Source: Candidatus Buchananbacteria bacterium | GTDB lineage: Bacteria > Patescibacteriota > Patescibacteriia > Buchananbacterales > UBA6539 | DNA: 64,000 nucleotides | Assembly: GCA_041664165.1 (NCBI GenBank) | Contig: JBAYLH010000001.1 | Span: 9,469-73,468, forward strand | Reading direction: 5' to 3' | Shown here: positions 51,905-62,777 of the stretch, piece after piece | How the letters are laid out: each line of letters starts with the position of its first letter | Numbering within the stretch: the first letter of the stretch is position 1 | Translations under genes and position numbers: made by a program | Notes under the pieces: generated by a model | Told to the model about the DNA's origin: nothing | The model's input: the letters and a program-made list of their open reading frames with translations, nothing else | The model's database searches: none

Positions 51905-53182
51905 CTAAAGTCCTTCGTAATCGCGCATCGTCAACTGTGATTCAATCTGCTTGAAAGTTTCAATTACCACTGAAACAACAATCAACAAGCTCGTGCCGCC
52001 GATAACCAAAGTGGTAACGCCGGTAAAGCCTCTTAAAGCTAAAGGTAAAACCGCAATTATGCCCAGAAATAAGGCACCGGCTAAAATTATTCGGCTAGTC
52101 GTATTTTTTAAATATTCTGCCGTATGGCGGCCGGGTCGAATCCCGGGAATAAAGCCGCCCTGTTTTTGTAAATTTTCCGCCACTTGATCGGGATGAAAAA
52201 CCACTTCAGTATAAAAATAAGTAAAGCCAAAAACCAAAATAAAATACATTACCCCGTAGAAAAGCTGATTTTCAAATAAAGCAATGACTTTTTCGGCAAT
52301 TGCCACTAAAAGCTGAGTTTTAGCCGTTAAGAAAAACTGGGCGATCATCGGCGGGAATAAAATGATTGAGATGGCGAAAATAATCGGAATCACGCCGGCC
52401 ATGTTAACTCGCAACGGCAAATGAGTGTTGACACCGCCATACATTTTCATTCCCCGCACCCGCCGGGCGTAAGAAACCGGCACATTGCGCTGGCCTTCGG
52501 AGATAATAACCACGCCGGCAATGGTAATAATGGCAATAGCAATAAAAAGTAAAAAGGTTAAGATCTGAGTTTTATCAAAAACTAAAATTGTTTGCTGAAT
52601 TGCTCCTGGCACTTCAGAAACAATACCGGCAAAAATCAAAAGGGAAATCCCGTTACCAATATGTTTTTCGGAAATTAATTCACCAATCCACATTAAAAAT
52701 ACCGTCCCGGCGGTTACGGTTACCACCATAGTAAATATCCGCCAAGAACTTAAATCAGTAAAAATTCCATTGGCTGATTTATTCAATAAAGCAATCAAGG
52801 CATACCCCTGCATCGCTGCCAACGGCACGGAAAGCATCCGAGTCCATTGATTAATTTTATGTTGGCCTTGTTCCCCTTCTTTGGATAATTCCTCAAGCTT
52901 GGGGATAATCATTACTAAAAGCTGAAAAATAATGGAAGCGGTGATATAAGGGGCAACACCCATCGCCACCACGGAAAAATTCATCATGCCGCCGCCGGAC
53001 AAAATATTCATTATTCCTAACAGCTGATTGGCATTAAAAAAATCTTTCAAGGCTTGGGTGTTAATGCCGGGAATGGGAATATGGCCGGCAATCCGAAAAA
53101 TAACCAGCATCGCCGCTACGAATAAAATGCTGTTTCGCAAATCTTTAATCTTCCAAATTTGAACCAGTTTTTTCCACCACAT
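51905..53182 (-). CDS. secY: Preprotein translocase SecY
   Basis: 425 aa with 10 TM helices, in the conserved position after rplO. Confidence 0.9.
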   Translation of the reverse strand: MWWKKLVQIWKIKDLRNSILFVAAMLVIFRIAGHIPIPGINTQALKDFFNANQLLGIMNILSGGGMMNFSVVAMGVAPYITASIIFQLLVMIIPKLEELSKEGEQGQHKINQWTRMLSVPLAAMQGYALIALLNKSANGIFTDLSSWRIFTMVVTVTAGTVFLMWIGELISEKHIGNGISLLIFAGIVSEVPGAIQQTILVFDKTQILTFLLFIAIAIITIAGVVIISEGQRNVPVSYARRVRGMKMYGGVNTHLPLRVNMAGVIPIIFAISIILFPPMIAQFFLTAKTQLLVAIAEKVIALFENQLFYGVMYFILVFGFTYFYTEVVFHPDQVAENLQKQGGFIPGIRPGRHTAEYLKNTTSRIILAGALFLGIIAVLPLALRGFTGVTTLVIGGTSLLIVVSVVIETFKQIESQLTMRDYEGL

Positions 53183-53210
53183 AAACGCCAGTTGCTTCTT
53201 TTATTATTTT

Positions 53211-53666
53211 TTATCGTCTGACAACTACCATTTTTCCGCCTGCTTCCATTATAGCCTTTTTTGCCGTTTCCGAAAATGAGTTGGCAACAATGGTTAATTT
53301 TTTGACTAGCTTGCCTTCGCCTAAAACTTTAACGCCGGTTTTATAGTCTTTGATTAAATTTTTTGCCACTAATTTCTTCGGGGTAACTAATTCGCCACTG
53401 CTAAAAGATTTTTCCAAATCGGCCAAATTAACAATTACCATTTTCGGCCGCAAACTTCGAAAACCGCCGATTTTTGGCTTATTGCGCAAAAGCTGCTTCA
53501 AGCCGCGAAGCTTTAGGCCGCCTTTGCCGCCGGAACGGGAGCGCTGACCCTTTAACCCCCGGCCGCTATAAGTGCCATGACCGGAAGCATTGCCCCGGCC
53601 GACCCGCTTGGCCTTTTTTTTGGCTGATTTATTGATTTTCAAATTGTGTAAAGATAATTGCGCCAT
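53211..53666 (-). CDS. rplO: 50S ribosomal protein L15
   Basis: GRGNASGHGTYSGRGLKGQ. Confidence 0.85.
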   Translation of the reverse strand: MAQLSLHNLKINKSAKKKAKRVGRGNASGHGTYSGRGLKGQRSRSGGKGGLKLRGLKQLLRNKPKIGGFRSLRPKMVIVNLADLEKSFSSGELVTPKKLVAKNLIKDYKTGVKVLGEGKLVKKLTIVANSFSETAKKAIMEAGGKMVVVRR

Positions 53667-53668
53667 AA

Positions 53669-54223
53669 TTATTTATTCTCCTTAGTAATTTCCTGATTTT
53701 CAGTTTTATCTTCCTTATTTGGCTTAACCCGCTTCAACATTTTTAAAGCGATAATCGTTGCTTTAACGTTATTAATTTTATTATTAGTGCCTAAAATTTT
53801 TGCCACGACGTTAGTAACACCGGTCAGATCCAAAACCGATCTCACCGCCCCACCGGCAATAATACCAGTTCCTTTCGGAGCGGGTTTTAACATCACCCGA
53901 GCCGCGCCATATTTGACATTAACCCGATGAGGAATAGTTTCATTGGTGATTAAAACATTAACCATGTCTTTTCTGGCTTTAGTCACGGCTTTGTTGACCG
54001 CGGCGGTAACGTCGGCCGCTTTAGCTACGGCTGAACCGATCCGGCCATGCCGGTCGCCAATCACGACGCAGGCTCGAAATCGCATCCTTTTGCCGCCGGC
54101 CATAACCCTAGTCACCCGGGCAATATCAATAATTACCTGATCAAATTCCTTCTCCGCCGGCCTGGCTGGACCGCGGCGGCCGCCGGTACTTCGATTATTT
54201 CTCTTATTGTTATCTTTTTCCAT
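53669..54223 (-). CDS. rpsE: 30S ribosomal protein S5
   Basis: Conserved order and motif. No L30 gene between rpsE and rplO. Confidence 0.85.
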   Translation of the reverse strand: MEKDNNKRNNRSTGGRRGPARPAEKEFDQVIIDIARVTRVMAGGKRMRFRACVVIGDRHGRIGSAVAKAADVTAAVNKAVTKARKDMVNVLITNETIPHRVNVKYGAARVMLKPAPKGTGIIAGGAVRSVLDLTGVTNVVAKILGTNNKINNVKATIIALKMLKRVKPNKEDKTENQEITKENK

Positions 54224-54232
54224 AAAAATATA

Positions 54233-54592
54233 TTAAAATTTTAAGCCGGCTTTTCTGGCGCCATCGGCAACCGCTTTAACTCGGCCGTGATATTGATAAG
54301 AAGATTTATCAAAAACCGCTTCGGTAATTCCTAATTTTTGAGCTTTCGCCCCCAATAATTCTCCAGTTTTAAAAGCTAAATCGGTTTTTTTGTCTTTACC
54401 GGCTTTAATTTCCGTATCTTTTGCCGAAACGACAGTTACTCCTTTTTGATCATCAATCAACTGGATAAACAAATGCCGGGCGGAACGAAAAACACTGATT
54501 CTCGGTTTTTTAGCCGTACCAAAAATTTTGGCTCGGACGCGTTTTTTTCTTCTTGCCTTAAGTATTTTTTTATTAACTTCTTTTTTTGCCAT
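54233..54592 (-). CDS. rplR: 50S ribosomal protein L18
   Basis: Conserved order. Confidence 0.8.
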   Translation of the reverse strand: MAKKEVNKKILKARRKKRVRAKIFGTAKKPRISVFRSARHLFIQLIDDQKGVTVVSAKDTEIKAGKDKKTDLAFKTGELLGAKAQKLGITEAVFDKSSYQYHGRVKAVADGARKAGLKF

Positions 54593-54613
54593 ATTAATTT
54601 AATTTAATTGCGG

Positions 54614-55162
54614 TTAAGCTGCTCCTTTGGCGGCCGTTTTACCGGCCTTTCGGCGAATAACTTCAGTCGTATATTTGATACCCTTGCCTTTATAAGGTTC
54701 TGGCTTTCTTAAAGACCTGATTTCAGCGGCCGTTTGGCCGACTACGCTTTTATCCGCGCCGGTAACCGTAATCAGGTTTTTTTCAACTTTAATATCGATT
54801 CCTTTTGGAAAATCGTATTCAATCGGATGGGAATAGCCGAGCTGCAAATTCAGTTTACCGCCGGCGCTAACGGCTCGATAGCCGACGCCGTTAATTTCTA
54901 ATTGTTTGGAAAAACCATCAGTAACTCCGGTTACCATATTGGCAATTAACTGGCGGAAAAGCCCCCAAAGTGACTTTTGATTTTTCTCATCCTGATTTTT
55001 AACCGAAATTATTAATTCATTATCTTTTTTTTCAACTAAAACCTGCGGATGAAGCTTTTGGCTTAATTCACCCTTTGGCCCCTTGACTATGATTAACCCG
55101 GACTCGATTTTAATCTCAACGCCAGCCGGGATAACAATTGGTTTTTTGCCGATTCTGCTCAT
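54614..55162 (-). CDS. rplF: 50S ribosomal protein L6
   Basis: MSRIGKKPIVIPAGVEI. Confidence 0.85.
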   Translation of the reverse strand: MSRIGKKPIVIPAGVEIKIESGLIIVKGPKGELSQKLHPQVLVEKKDNELIISVKNQDEKNQKSLWGLFRQLIANMVTGVTDGFSKQLEINGVGYRAVSAGGKLNLQLGYSHPIEYDFPKGIDIKVEKNLITVTGADKSVVGQTAAEIRSLRKPEPYKGKGIKYTTEVIRRKAGKTAAKGAA

Positions 55163-55164
55163 AA

Positions 55165-55566
55165 TTAGTATATTTCACAAATTAATTCACCGCCCAGATT
55201 TTTCTTTTTGGCTTCAAAATTAGTCATTACGCCGTGAGAAGTCGAAACAATGGCAATGCCTAAATTATTCAAAACTACGGGCAATTCATCTTTAGTTTTA
55301 TAGACTCGGCGGCCGGGCTTGCTAATCCGCTTTAAATTGGTAATCGCCGGCTCTTTGCCTAAATACTTCAAAACTATTTTTATTTCATCAAAATTTTTGC
55401 CATTCGTGCCTTTGCTGATTTTTTCAACCTTTTTAATATAATTGCGTTTCAGTAAAATTTCCGCAATTGTCAATTTAATTTTAGAAAAAGGCAAAACCAC
55501 CTCTGGCTTTCTTACCGCCATGGCGTTGCGAATTCTTGTAAGCATATCTGCGATTGGATCAATCAT
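55165..55566 (-). CDS. rpsH: 30S ribosomal protein S8
   Basis: [15 protein letters not shown]. Confidence 0.85.
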   Translation of the reverse strand: MIDPIADMLTRIRNAMAVRKPEVVLPFSKIKLTIAEILLKRNYIKKVEKISKGTNGKNFDEIKIVLKYLGKEPAITNLKRISKPGRRVYKTKDELPVVLNNLGIAIVSTSHGVMTNFEAKKKNLGGELICEIY

Positions 55567-55587
55567 ATAAAAATTGAAATTAATAAT

Positions 55588-55773
55588 TTACCAGCTTGAT
55601 TTTCTTATTCCCGGAATTTGGCCGTTATTGGCTAATTCCCGAAAGCAAATTCGGCACAAGTTGAAGTCCCGCATATAACTGCGCGAGCGGCCGCACCGCC
55701 AACAGCGTCTAACAATTCGCGATGAATATTTCGGCCTTTTCTTTGATTTTGCAATTTTTGCTTCTGTTGCCAT
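55588..55773 (-). CDS. rpsN: 30S ribosomal protein S14 type Z (zinc-binding)
   Basis: 61 aa, CWRCGRSRSYMRDFNLCRICFRE. Confidence 0.85.
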   Translation of the reverse strand: MATEAKIAKSKKRPKYSSRIVRRCWRCGRSRSYMRDFNLCRICFRELANNGQIPGIRKSSW

Positions 55774-55899
55774 ATCCGGTAGTGATCCCCCACTTATTTT
55801 ACAAAAGTGAAGGACAAATATTTTTATTAATTATCTTTTAACTCTAGCCGGCGGTAATCTCTTAAATTATTAAGTGAGGGACTACTACCGGACATATTT

Positions 55900-56445
55900 T
55901 TATTCTTCTTTCTGGAAAGGAAAACCGACCAGTTTTAATAATTCTAAACCTTCCGGTCTGGTTTTGGCGGTTGTAACTACCGAAATCTGCAAGCCATGGA
56001 TTTTTTCGATTTCGTCAGATTTAATTTCCGGAAAAGAAATGTGTTCTTTAAAACCAATATTTAAATTACCTTTTTGATCAACAGTTTTGGTCGAAATTCC
56101 GCGAAAATCCCGAATCCGGGGAAAAGTAATATTGATTAATTTATCAATAAAATCTTCCATTTTCTTGCCGCGCAAGGTTACCATCACTCCCACCACCAAG
56201 CCTTCTCTGATTTTAAAATTAGAGATTGATTGTTTGGCTCTGGTTCTAATCGGCCGCTGACCGGTGATCCGCTGCAGCGTATCAGCGACAACGTCATTGA
56301 ACTTTGCATCCTTCAATCCCTGGCCGGTGCCGATATTTAAAACTACCTTTTCAATTTTAGGCATGGCTAAGGCATTTTTATAGCCAAACTGAGCTTGCAT
56401 GGCTGGCGCGACAACCTTTTTGTATTTTGCTTTATAGTTATCCAT
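55900..56445 (-). CDS. rplE: 50S ribosomal protein L5
   Basis: Conserved order and motif. Confidence 0.85.
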   Translation of the reverse strand: MDNYKAKYKKVVAPAMQAQFGYKNALAMPKIEKVVLNIGTGQGLKDAKFNDVVADTLQRITGQRPIRTRAKQSISNFKIREGLVVGVMVTLRGKKMEDFIDKLINITFPRIRDFRGISTKTVDQKGNLNIGFKEHISFPEIKSDEIEKIHGLQISVVTTAKTRPEGLELLKLVGFPFQKEE

Positions 56446-56449
56446 AAAT

Positions 56450-56761
56450 TTAGGCGATTATTTCCTTACATTTTTTACAAATTCTCACCTTTTTTTTATT
56501 CTCCAAAATTTTATGGCCGACTCGGGAAACCTGGCTGCATTGCGGGCAGACTAAAGCAATATTACTGGCAGCGACCGGCGCGGGAAACTGAATCCGCTGG
56601 CCTTTTTCATTTTGTTTTTTCGGCCTCATGTTTTTAAATAATAAATTTATTCCTTCAATTGAAACTTTTTTGCGCTCGCTAAAAATCTGCAATACCTTGC
56701 CGGTTTTGCCTTTGTCTTTTCCCGCTAAAATTTTGACTTTGTCACCTTTCTTGATATTCAT
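56450..56761 (-). CDS. rplX: 50S ribosomal protein L24
   Basis: KGDKVKILAGKDKGKTGKV KOW motif. Confidence 0.85.
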   Translation of the reverse strand: MNIKKGDKVKILAGKDKGKTGKVLQIFSERKKVSIEGINLLFKNMRPKKQNEKGQRIQFPAPVAASNIALVCPQCSQVSRVGHKILENKKKVRICKKCKEIIA

Positions 56762-56766
56762 AATTT

Positions 56767-57138
56767 TTATAATACCTCCGGGGCTAAGGAAATTATTTTG
56801 GAAAAACCGCCGTTTCTTAATTCTCTGGCGACGGGTCCAAAAATCCGGGTGCCTTTCGGTTCTTTATTTTCTTTATCAACGATTACAGCGGCATTATCAT
56901 CAAATCTGACGTAAGAACCGTCAGGCCGCCTGATTTCCTTTTTAGTCCGAACAACCACCGCATGTAAAACATCGCTTTTTTTGACCATACTGTGGGGAAC
57001 CGCTTCTTTAACAACTACCGTAATAATATCGCCAACCCGGGCATAGCGCTTCTGAAATCCACCCAAGACTCTAATGCACTGAAGCTTTTTCGCACCAGTA
57101 TTATCGGCCACTTTTAACATTGTTCGCAATTGAATCAT
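56767..57138 (-). CDS. rplN: 50S ribosomal protein L14
   Basis: [17 protein letters not shown]. Confidence 0.9.
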   Translation of the reverse strand: MIQLRTMLKVADNTGAKKLQCIRVLGGFQKRYARVGDIITVVVKEAVPHSMVKKSDVLHAVVVRTKKEIRRPDGSYVRFDDNAAVIVDKENKEPKGTRIFGPVARELRNGGFSKIISLAPEVL

Positions 57139-57149
57139 ATAAAAACAAA

Positions 57150-57416
57150 TTAAGAACTTTTTTTAGCTTTAGGCATGACCCGCCATCTCTTATCTTTGCT
57201 AATCGGCCGGCATTCAGTAAACGCTACCTTTTCGCCTTTTTTATATTCATTACTGGGGTCATGAACCTTATATTTTTTACTGGTGATATAACGCTTAAAA
57301 TATTTAGGATGAAGCTTGGTGCTGCTGGTTTTGACAATAATGGTCTTTTCCAGCTTATCCGAGACAACAATCCCTTCAAATTTTTTCTTGATAATCTTTT
57401 TTTCAACTTTAGTCAT
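57150..57416 (-). CDS. rpsQ: 30S ribosomal protein S17
   Basis: [16 protein letters not shown]. Confidence 0.85.
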   Translation of the reverse strand: MTKVEKKIIKKKFEGIVVSDKLEKTIIVKTSSTKLHPKYFKRYITSKKYKVHDPSNEYKKGEKVAFTECRPISKDKRWRVMPKAKKSS

Positions 57417-57423
57417 ATTCTAA

Positions 57424-57627
57424 TTATTTAGTCTTAGTAAGACTTTTATTACCTTTTAAAGCAAACAATAACTGAGCAATTGTTTTTCTTAAAGATCTGA
57501 TCTCGCGGACATTCTTTAATTGATTTGAAGCAACTTTGAACTTTAGCTCCCTTAATTTTTCCCGGGAATCAGTCAAAAGTTTTTGGAGCTCGGTTTCCGG
57601 TTTGCTTTTTAATTCTTTGTATTTCAT
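57424..57627 (-). CDS. rpmC: 50S ribosomal protein L29
   Basis: Conserved position. 67 aa. Confidence 0.75.
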   Translation of the reverse strand: MKYKELKSKPETELQKLLTDSREKLRELKFKVASNQLKNVREIRSLRKTIAQLLFALKGNKSLTKTK

Positions 57628-57630
57628 AAA

Positions 57631-58035
57631 TTAGTCTTCAATAAAAATAGTTTTAACCGGTAATTTATGGGAAGCCAATCTCATGGCTTCTTTCGCCTTG
57701 TCTTGGGGTACGCCGTCAATTTCAAATAAAATCATCCCTGGCTTAATCACGGCCACATAATGGTCAACCGGGCCTTTGCCGGAACCCATTGTTGATTGCT
57801 CTCCTTTTTGGGTTACTGGCTTGTCGGGAAAAACCCGAATCCAAATTTTTCCGCCCCGTTTAACAAAGCGAGTCATGGCGCGCCGGGCGGCTTCAATCTG
57901 TCTCGCCGTTAACCAGCAGCTGCCCAGAGCTTTCAAAGCATACTGGCCGAAATTAATTTCTGTTCCGGCCGAAGCTTTGCCTTTTAAAACTCCCTTATGC
58001 CATTTTCGATGTTTTACTTTTCTTGGCGACAACAT
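57631..58035 (-). CDS. rplP: 50S ribosomal protein L16
   Basis: [15 protein letters not shown]. Confidence 0.9.
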   Translation of the reverse strand: MLSPRKVKHRKWHKGVLKGKASAGTEINFGQYALKALGSCWLTARQIEAARRAMTRFVKRGGKIWIRVFPDKPVTQKGEQSTMGSGKGPVDHYVAVIKPGMILFEIDGVPQDKAKEAMRLASHKLPVKTIFIED

Positions 58036-58038
58036 ATC

Positions 58039-58710
58039 TTATTTTTTAGTTTGATTATTATTTTCTTTATCGTTGTTATTGAAAATTTCACCCTTATAAA
58101 TCCAGACTTTAACCCCAATCGCGCCGTAAGTCGTCCGAGCCACGCCGCGGGCATAGTCAATATCCGCTCTCAAAGTATGTAACGGCAGATTGCCATGAAT
58201 TAAAGTTTCGGTTCGGGCAATTTCCGCGCCATTTAACCGGCCGGAAACAATAATCTTAACGCCTTTGGCATCGGTTCTTTGCACTTTCATTATGGCTTGC
58301 TTCATCGCTCGCCGGAAAGGAATCCGTTTTTCCAAATCAGCAATAATCGCTTGGCAGATCAATTCAGACGAAGTATTGGGATTAGTCACTTCTTTAATAT
58401 TGATATTCAAGCTGCTTTTGTAGTCCAAAAAATTCTTTTTAACTTTCTTTTTCAATTCTTCAACTCCCTGACCGCCGCGGCCGATAATAATTCCGGGTTT
58501 GGCAGAATGGATAATTACAGTGGTAACCGTGGCTGATCGTTCAATATCAATTTGAGCGATTGAAGCATCCTTAAGTTCTTTTTTTAAAAACTTCTTAATT
58601 AAAATATCCTGCTGCAAAAACTTAATATAATCCCGGCGGGAAAACCATTTTGAATTCCAGCCATATAAATAGCCGATGCGAAATATTTTTGGATGTACTT
58701 TGTGTCCCAT
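58039..58710 (-). CDS. rpsC: 30S ribosomal protein S3
   Basis: MGHKVHPKIFRIGY, KH domain. Confidence 0.9.
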   Translation of the reverse strand: MGHKVHPKIFRIGYLYGWNSKWFSRRDYIKFLQQDILIKKFLKKELKDASIAQIDIERSATVTTVIIHSAKPGIIIGRGGQGVEELKKKVKKNFLDYKSSLNINIKEVTNPNTSSELICQAIIADLEKRIPFRRAMKQAIMKVQRTDAKGVKIIVSGRLNGAEIARTETLIHGNLPLHTLRADIDYARGVARTTYGAIGVKVWIYKGEIFNNNDKENNNQTKK

Positions 58711-58754
58711 ATTTTAGTTAGTGAGTTGGCAAATTGCTAATATTATCTTAAGAA

Positions 58755-59363
58755 TTATCCGGTCTTTCTCTGAAACATTCCTTTCATAAAGCCTTTTTGA
58801 TCTTTATTCTGGCCATCTGGACCTTTCCGGGAATTGTTTTTGAGCGCTTCTTTTTTGACCTCGTTAGGTTTAACAACTTTAACTTCTTCCTCTTTAGACT
58901 CTGATTTTGTAATCTTACCTTTTTTAGCACCCGGTCTAACTCCTAAAATCAATTCCAGATGCGCGGTCTGTTTTCTGATGGCTCCGGCACGGCCATGAGC
59001 TCTTGGCCGCCAGCGTTTCAATACCGGGCCAGTATTAGCTACAAAACTTTTAACATATAAATCTTTTTTGTCTAAAGTAAAATTATTTTCCGCATTGGCA
59101 ATCGCTGATTTAATCAGCTTGGTAATCGGCAAAACGGATCCTTTGTTGACAAATCTCAAATAATCCAAAGCTTTCTCCGCTTCCAAACCTTTTACGCGTT
59201 CAATTACTAAACGGGTCTTTTTGGCTGACAGCCGTAAATAGTTAGCCGAAGCCTTGATTTCCGTCACCTCTTTAGTCTTTTCTTTATCTGACTTAGGCTG
59301 AACCTTGACCGGCTGGCTTGGTTTGGCTGTTTTATCTTCAATTTTTTTAGTAACTTTTTCCAT
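58755..59363 (-). CDS. rplV: 50S ribosomal protein L22 with long N- and C-terminal extensions (202 aa)
   Basis: L22 core ASANYLRLSAKKTRLVIERVKG plus about 70-aa Lys/Glu-rich tails. Confidence 0.8.
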   Translation of the reverse strand: MEKVTKKIEDKTAKPSQPVKVQPKSDKEKTKEVTEIKASANYLRLSAKKTRLVIERVKGLEAEKALDYLRFVNKGSVLPITKLIKSAIANAENNFTLDKKDLYVKSFVANTGPVLKRWRPRAHGRAGAIRKQTAHLELILGVRPGAKKGKITKSESKEEEVKVVKPNEVKKEALKNNSRKGPDGQNKDQKGFMKGMFQRKTG

Positions 59364-59371
59364 AGCTTAAA

Positions 59372-59710
59372 TTATTTTTTTTCCGCCGCCGCCTGAGCCT
59401 TAACTCTTGACTCGGCTTCTTTAACGGCAGCGGCCTTGGCCTCTTCTTTTGCCATTTTCCCGCCATGAGTAACAAATTTTCTCGTTGGCGAAAATTCGCC
59501 TAGCTTATGGCCAATCATATTTTCAACAATCAAAACCGGAGTATGAACCCGGCCGTTATGAACGCCGATGGTAAAACCGATCATTTCCGGGGTAATTGAA
59601 CAGGCTCGATCCCAAGTCTTAACCACGGTTTTATCGCCCGGCTTAAGGTTGTGCAACTTTTTCAGCAGCCTTTCGTTGATGTATGGACCTTTTTTTAAAC
59701 TTCTGGACAT
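59372..59710 (-). CDS. rpsS: 30S ribosomal protein S19
   Basis: MSRSLKKGPYI. Confidence 0.9.
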   Translation of the reverse strand: MSRSLKKGPYINERLLKKLHNLKPGDKTVVKTWDRACSITPEMIGFTIGVHNGRVHTPVLIVENMIGHKLGEFSPTRKFVTHGGKMAKEEAKAAAVKEAESRVKAQAAAEKK

Positions 59711-59725
59711 AAAATTAAATTAAAA

Positions 59726-60571
59726 TTATTTCTTCCGCTTATTTTTGCGGCGAGTAACAATAAACTTGTTGGAATACTTTTTATGCTTGCGGGTAATTAC
59801 GCCTAAAGCTTTTTTACCCCAAGGAGTTTTTGGCGCTTTCATCCCGATCGGATTATGGCCTTCACCGCCGCCATGCGGGTGATCAACCGGATTCATCACT
59901 TTACCGCGAACCGACGGCCGCCAGCCCAAATGGCGATTCCGGCCGGCTTTACCGATCCGAATATGCATCGCATCTGGGTTAGAGACCTGGCCAATCGTTG
60001 CCATGGCTTTGCGGTTAATCAGCCTGACTTCCGTTGAAGGCATTTTAATCGTAGCGTATTCGCCTTCCACGGCCATTAATTTGGCAGCTGACCCGGCGGT
60101 GCGAACGAGCTTGCCGCCGCCGTTAGGCGTAATTTCAATATCATAAATCATTGAACCCAAAGGAATATGCTCAAGCGGCATCCGGTTGCCGGTTCTGATT
60201 TCCGTCCGCTTGGTTGAAGACATTAATTCATCGCCGGTCTTAACGTCAATCGGCGCAATAATATAACTTTTAGTCCCGTCGGCATATTGCAATAAAGCTA
60301 ACCGAGCCCGGCGGTTTGGGTCATATTCAATCGCCATGACTTTGGCCGGCATATCAAACTTATTCCGCTTGTAATCAATTAAGCGATAGTATTGCTTGGC
60401 GCCGCCGCCCCGATGTCGAACGGTAATTTTACCGGACGCGTTGCGACCGCCGGTTTTTTTCTTGATGCGAATCAGGCTCTTTTCCGGTACCATTTTGGTA
60501 ACATCGCTAAAAGTATCAACGGATGTCTGGCGTCGGCCTGGGGTGGTTGGTTTGTAAATTCTGATCGGCAT
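59726..60571 (-). CDS. rplB: 50S ribosomal protein L2
   Basis: [14 protein letters not shown]. Confidence 0.9.
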   Translation of the reverse strand: MPIRIYKPTTPGRRQTSVDTFSDVTKMVPEKSLIRIKKKTGGRNASGKITVRHRGGGAKQYYRLIDYKRNKFDMPAKVMAIEYDPNRRARLALLQYADGTKSYIIAPIDVKTGDELMSSTKRTEIRTGNRMPLEHIPLGSMIYDIEITPNGGGKLVRTAGSAAKLMAVEGEYATIKMPSTEVRLINRKAMATIGQVSNPDAMHIRIGKAGRNRHLGWRPSVRGKVMNPVDHPHGGGEGHNPIGMKAPKTPWGKKALGVITRKHKKYSNKFIVTRRKNKRKK

Positions 60572-60577
60572 AATTTA

Positions 60578-61045
60578 TTAAACTCCTTCGTAAACTTCAA
60601 TTTTATCGCCTGGTTTTAAGGTCACAATCGCTTTTTTCCAGCCTTTTTTCGCACCGGTCATTTTGCCGTAGCGGATGCTTTTGCCGGAAAAATTGCAGAT
60701 GTTGACAAATATCGGATTAACTTTATAAACGGTTCGAATCGCCTTTTTTATTTCCACTTTATTCATTTTCGAATTAACCACAAAAACATACTTATTCAAT
60801 GCCGCCAAATGGCTGGCTTTTTCGGTTACTAACGGCTTAACTAAAATCAAATGGGCTAATTTAGTTTTGCCAGCGAGCTTGGTTTCTTTGGCGCCAGCTG
60901 CCACAACCGCCTTTTCTTCCTTTTTTTCCGCCGTCTGTTTTTCTTTCGGCTCTTCCTTTTTAACTGGTTTATCCGAAACCGGCTTGGCTTTCATTTCATC
61001 TTGCCCAGCTTGCGGTTTGGATTTAAATGTATTAAAAATTCCCAT
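60578..61045 (-). CDS. rplW: 50S ribosomal protein L23 with ~60-aa Lys-rich N-terminal extension
   Basis: C-terminal L23 core (LILVKPLVTEKASHL). 155 aa. Confidence 0.75.
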   Translation of the reverse strand: MGIFNTFKSKPQAGQDEMKAKPVSDKPVKKEEPKEKQTAEKKEEKAVVAAGAKETKLAGKTKLAHLILVKPLVTEKASHLAALNKYVFVVNSKMNKVEIKKAIRTVYKVNPIFVNICNFSGKSIRYGKMTGAKKGWKKAIVTLKPGDKIEVYEGV

Positions 61046-61051
61046 ATAAAA

Positions 61052-61756
61052 TTACTTAATAAAAGTTTTTTCAATTTCCGCGATTGAATCAACCGACATC
61101 AGGATATACTGGTATTTGACAATGTCTAAAACATTTAAACTATCGGCTAAAATCAAATTAAGCTTGCTGATATTTTTAGCGGCTCGCCAAATGTTTTGGT
61201 CTTTTTTCGGCATTACCACCAAGATACTTTTTTCCGACTCTTTCTTTTTCTTATCCTTGGCATCAATTTTTATTTTATCGTCTTTTTTATTCAATTTCTT
61301 TTTTGACCGCAAATTCAAATTCCTTAAAATCTCAAAAAACTTTTTGGTCTTAACCGCTGTCAATTCAATTTTATCAACTAAAATTATTCTATCATTAGCG
61401 GCTTTGTCCGAAAGACCCATTAAAATCGCCTTCCGGTTGGCTTTTTTGTTCATTTTAATCGAAAAATTTCTTTCTTTGGTCGGCCCAAAAGTGATGCCGC
61501 CGCCGCGCCATAAAGGTGAACGGATTGAACCGTGTCTCGCCCGGCCGGTGCCTTTTTGTTTCCAAGGTTTTTTACCGCCGCCGCGGACTTCGCTTTTGTC
61601 TTTGGTATGGGCTAAAACCTGGCGGCTGTTGGCCTGCAAGGTAATGATTGCTTGAGTAACTAATTCCGGCTTGACTTTAACTTCAAAGATGGCTGGGTTT
61701 AATTCCAGTTCTTTGACGACTTCGCCGGAGGTATTGTAAACATTAGCCTTGATCAT
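61052..61756 (-). CDS. rplD: 50S ribosomal protein L4 with extended C-terminus
   Basis: Conserved order. 234 aa. Confidence 0.8.
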   Translation of the reverse strand: MIKANVYNTSGEVVKELELNPAIFEVKVKPELVTQAIITLQANSRQVLAHTKDKSEVRGGGKKPWKQKGTGRARHGSIRSPLWRGGGITFGPTKERNFSIKMNKKANRKAILMGLSDKAANDRIILVDKIELTAVKTKKFFEILRNLNLRSKKKLNKKDDKIKIDAKDKKKKESEKSILVVMPKKDQNIWRAAKNISKLNLILADSLNVLDIVKYQYILMSVDSIAEIEKTFIK

Positions 61757-61760
61757 AAAA

Positions 61761-62507
61761 TTACGGTTTTACCGTTTCTTTCTCGGGGGCTGGAATTTCC
61801 GCCGCGACTTCGGTTTTGGCTGTTGCCGCTTCGACGGTCTCAGCGGTCTCAGCCGATTTTTGCTCTTTAATTTCTTCGACTTCAATGATTAAATCGCCAA
61901 CACCGGCAAGCAAAAGCAAATTGCTTTTAGCTCCGGGCAAAGCGCCTTTGATAAAAATTTCGTTATTTTGCGGGTTAACTTCCACTATTTTTAAATTTGT
62001 GACCGTAACAATTTCCCCGCCCATTCTGCCGCCCATTCTGGTGCCTTTAAAAACATGCTGCGGACCGCCGGCGCCGATTGAACCGGGCATGCGCAACTGA
62101 TCTTTGTGGCCATGAGTGGCAGGACTGCCGTGAAAACCATGCCGTTTTACTACCCCTTGGAAACCTTTTCCTTTTGACACACCCGTCGCTTTAATCACGT
62201 CGCCGATTGAAAAAACCTTAGCGGTAATTTTGGTGCCGACTGGCAATTTATTAGCTTCAGCTTCGGTGATCCGGAATTCTTTAAGATAAGCGAAATTACC
62301 AAGGTCTTTCAAATGCTTTTTGACTGGCTTGCTTAAATTCTTTTTTGAGCCAAAACCCAACTGAACGGAAGTGTAGCCGTCGGTTTTATCGGTTTTTACC
62401 TGAGTCACGACACAAGGACCAGCCACTACCCGGGTAACCGGAATAACGGATCCGTCTTCCGCGAATTTCTGGGTCATTTCTTGTTTTTGGGCCAAAATGA
62501 ATTTCAT
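61761..62507 (-). CDS. rplC: 50S ribosomal protein L3 with acidic C-terminal extension
   Basis: GKGFQGVVKRHGF motif. 248 aa. Confidence 0.85.
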   Translation of the reverse strand: MKFILAQKQEMTQKFAEDGSVIPVTRVVAGPCVVTQVKTDKTDGYTSVQLGFGSKKNLSKPVKKHLKDLGNFAYLKEFRITEAEANKLPVGTKITAKVFSIGDVIKATGVSKGKGFQGVVKRHGFHGSPATHGHKDQLRMPGSIGAGGPQHVFKGTRMGGRMGGEIVTVTNLKIVEVNPQNNEIFIKGALPGAKSNLLLLAGVGDLIIEVEEIKEQKSAETAETVEAATAKTEVAAEIPAPEKETVKP

Positions 62508-62777
62508 AAGGATATAATACTAATCTACCCGCTTCGCTCTCTCGCTCCAGCGAGGCGAGCGAATGAATACTAATTTACAAATACTCGTATCGGGTTAAAA
62601 TAAAAATCTGCCTCAAAAAGCCAGATATAAATAATCCTGCTGGCAAGTTGTAAGCCTAATTTTATAAGTTTTTAATCTCCTTGAAATAATCGTTTGAATT
62701 TATAGAGGTTTTTTCTAAATTTAGAAAGCTTTCTCTATATTCTCAAAGATTACGCAATATATCAAACTGATATACAC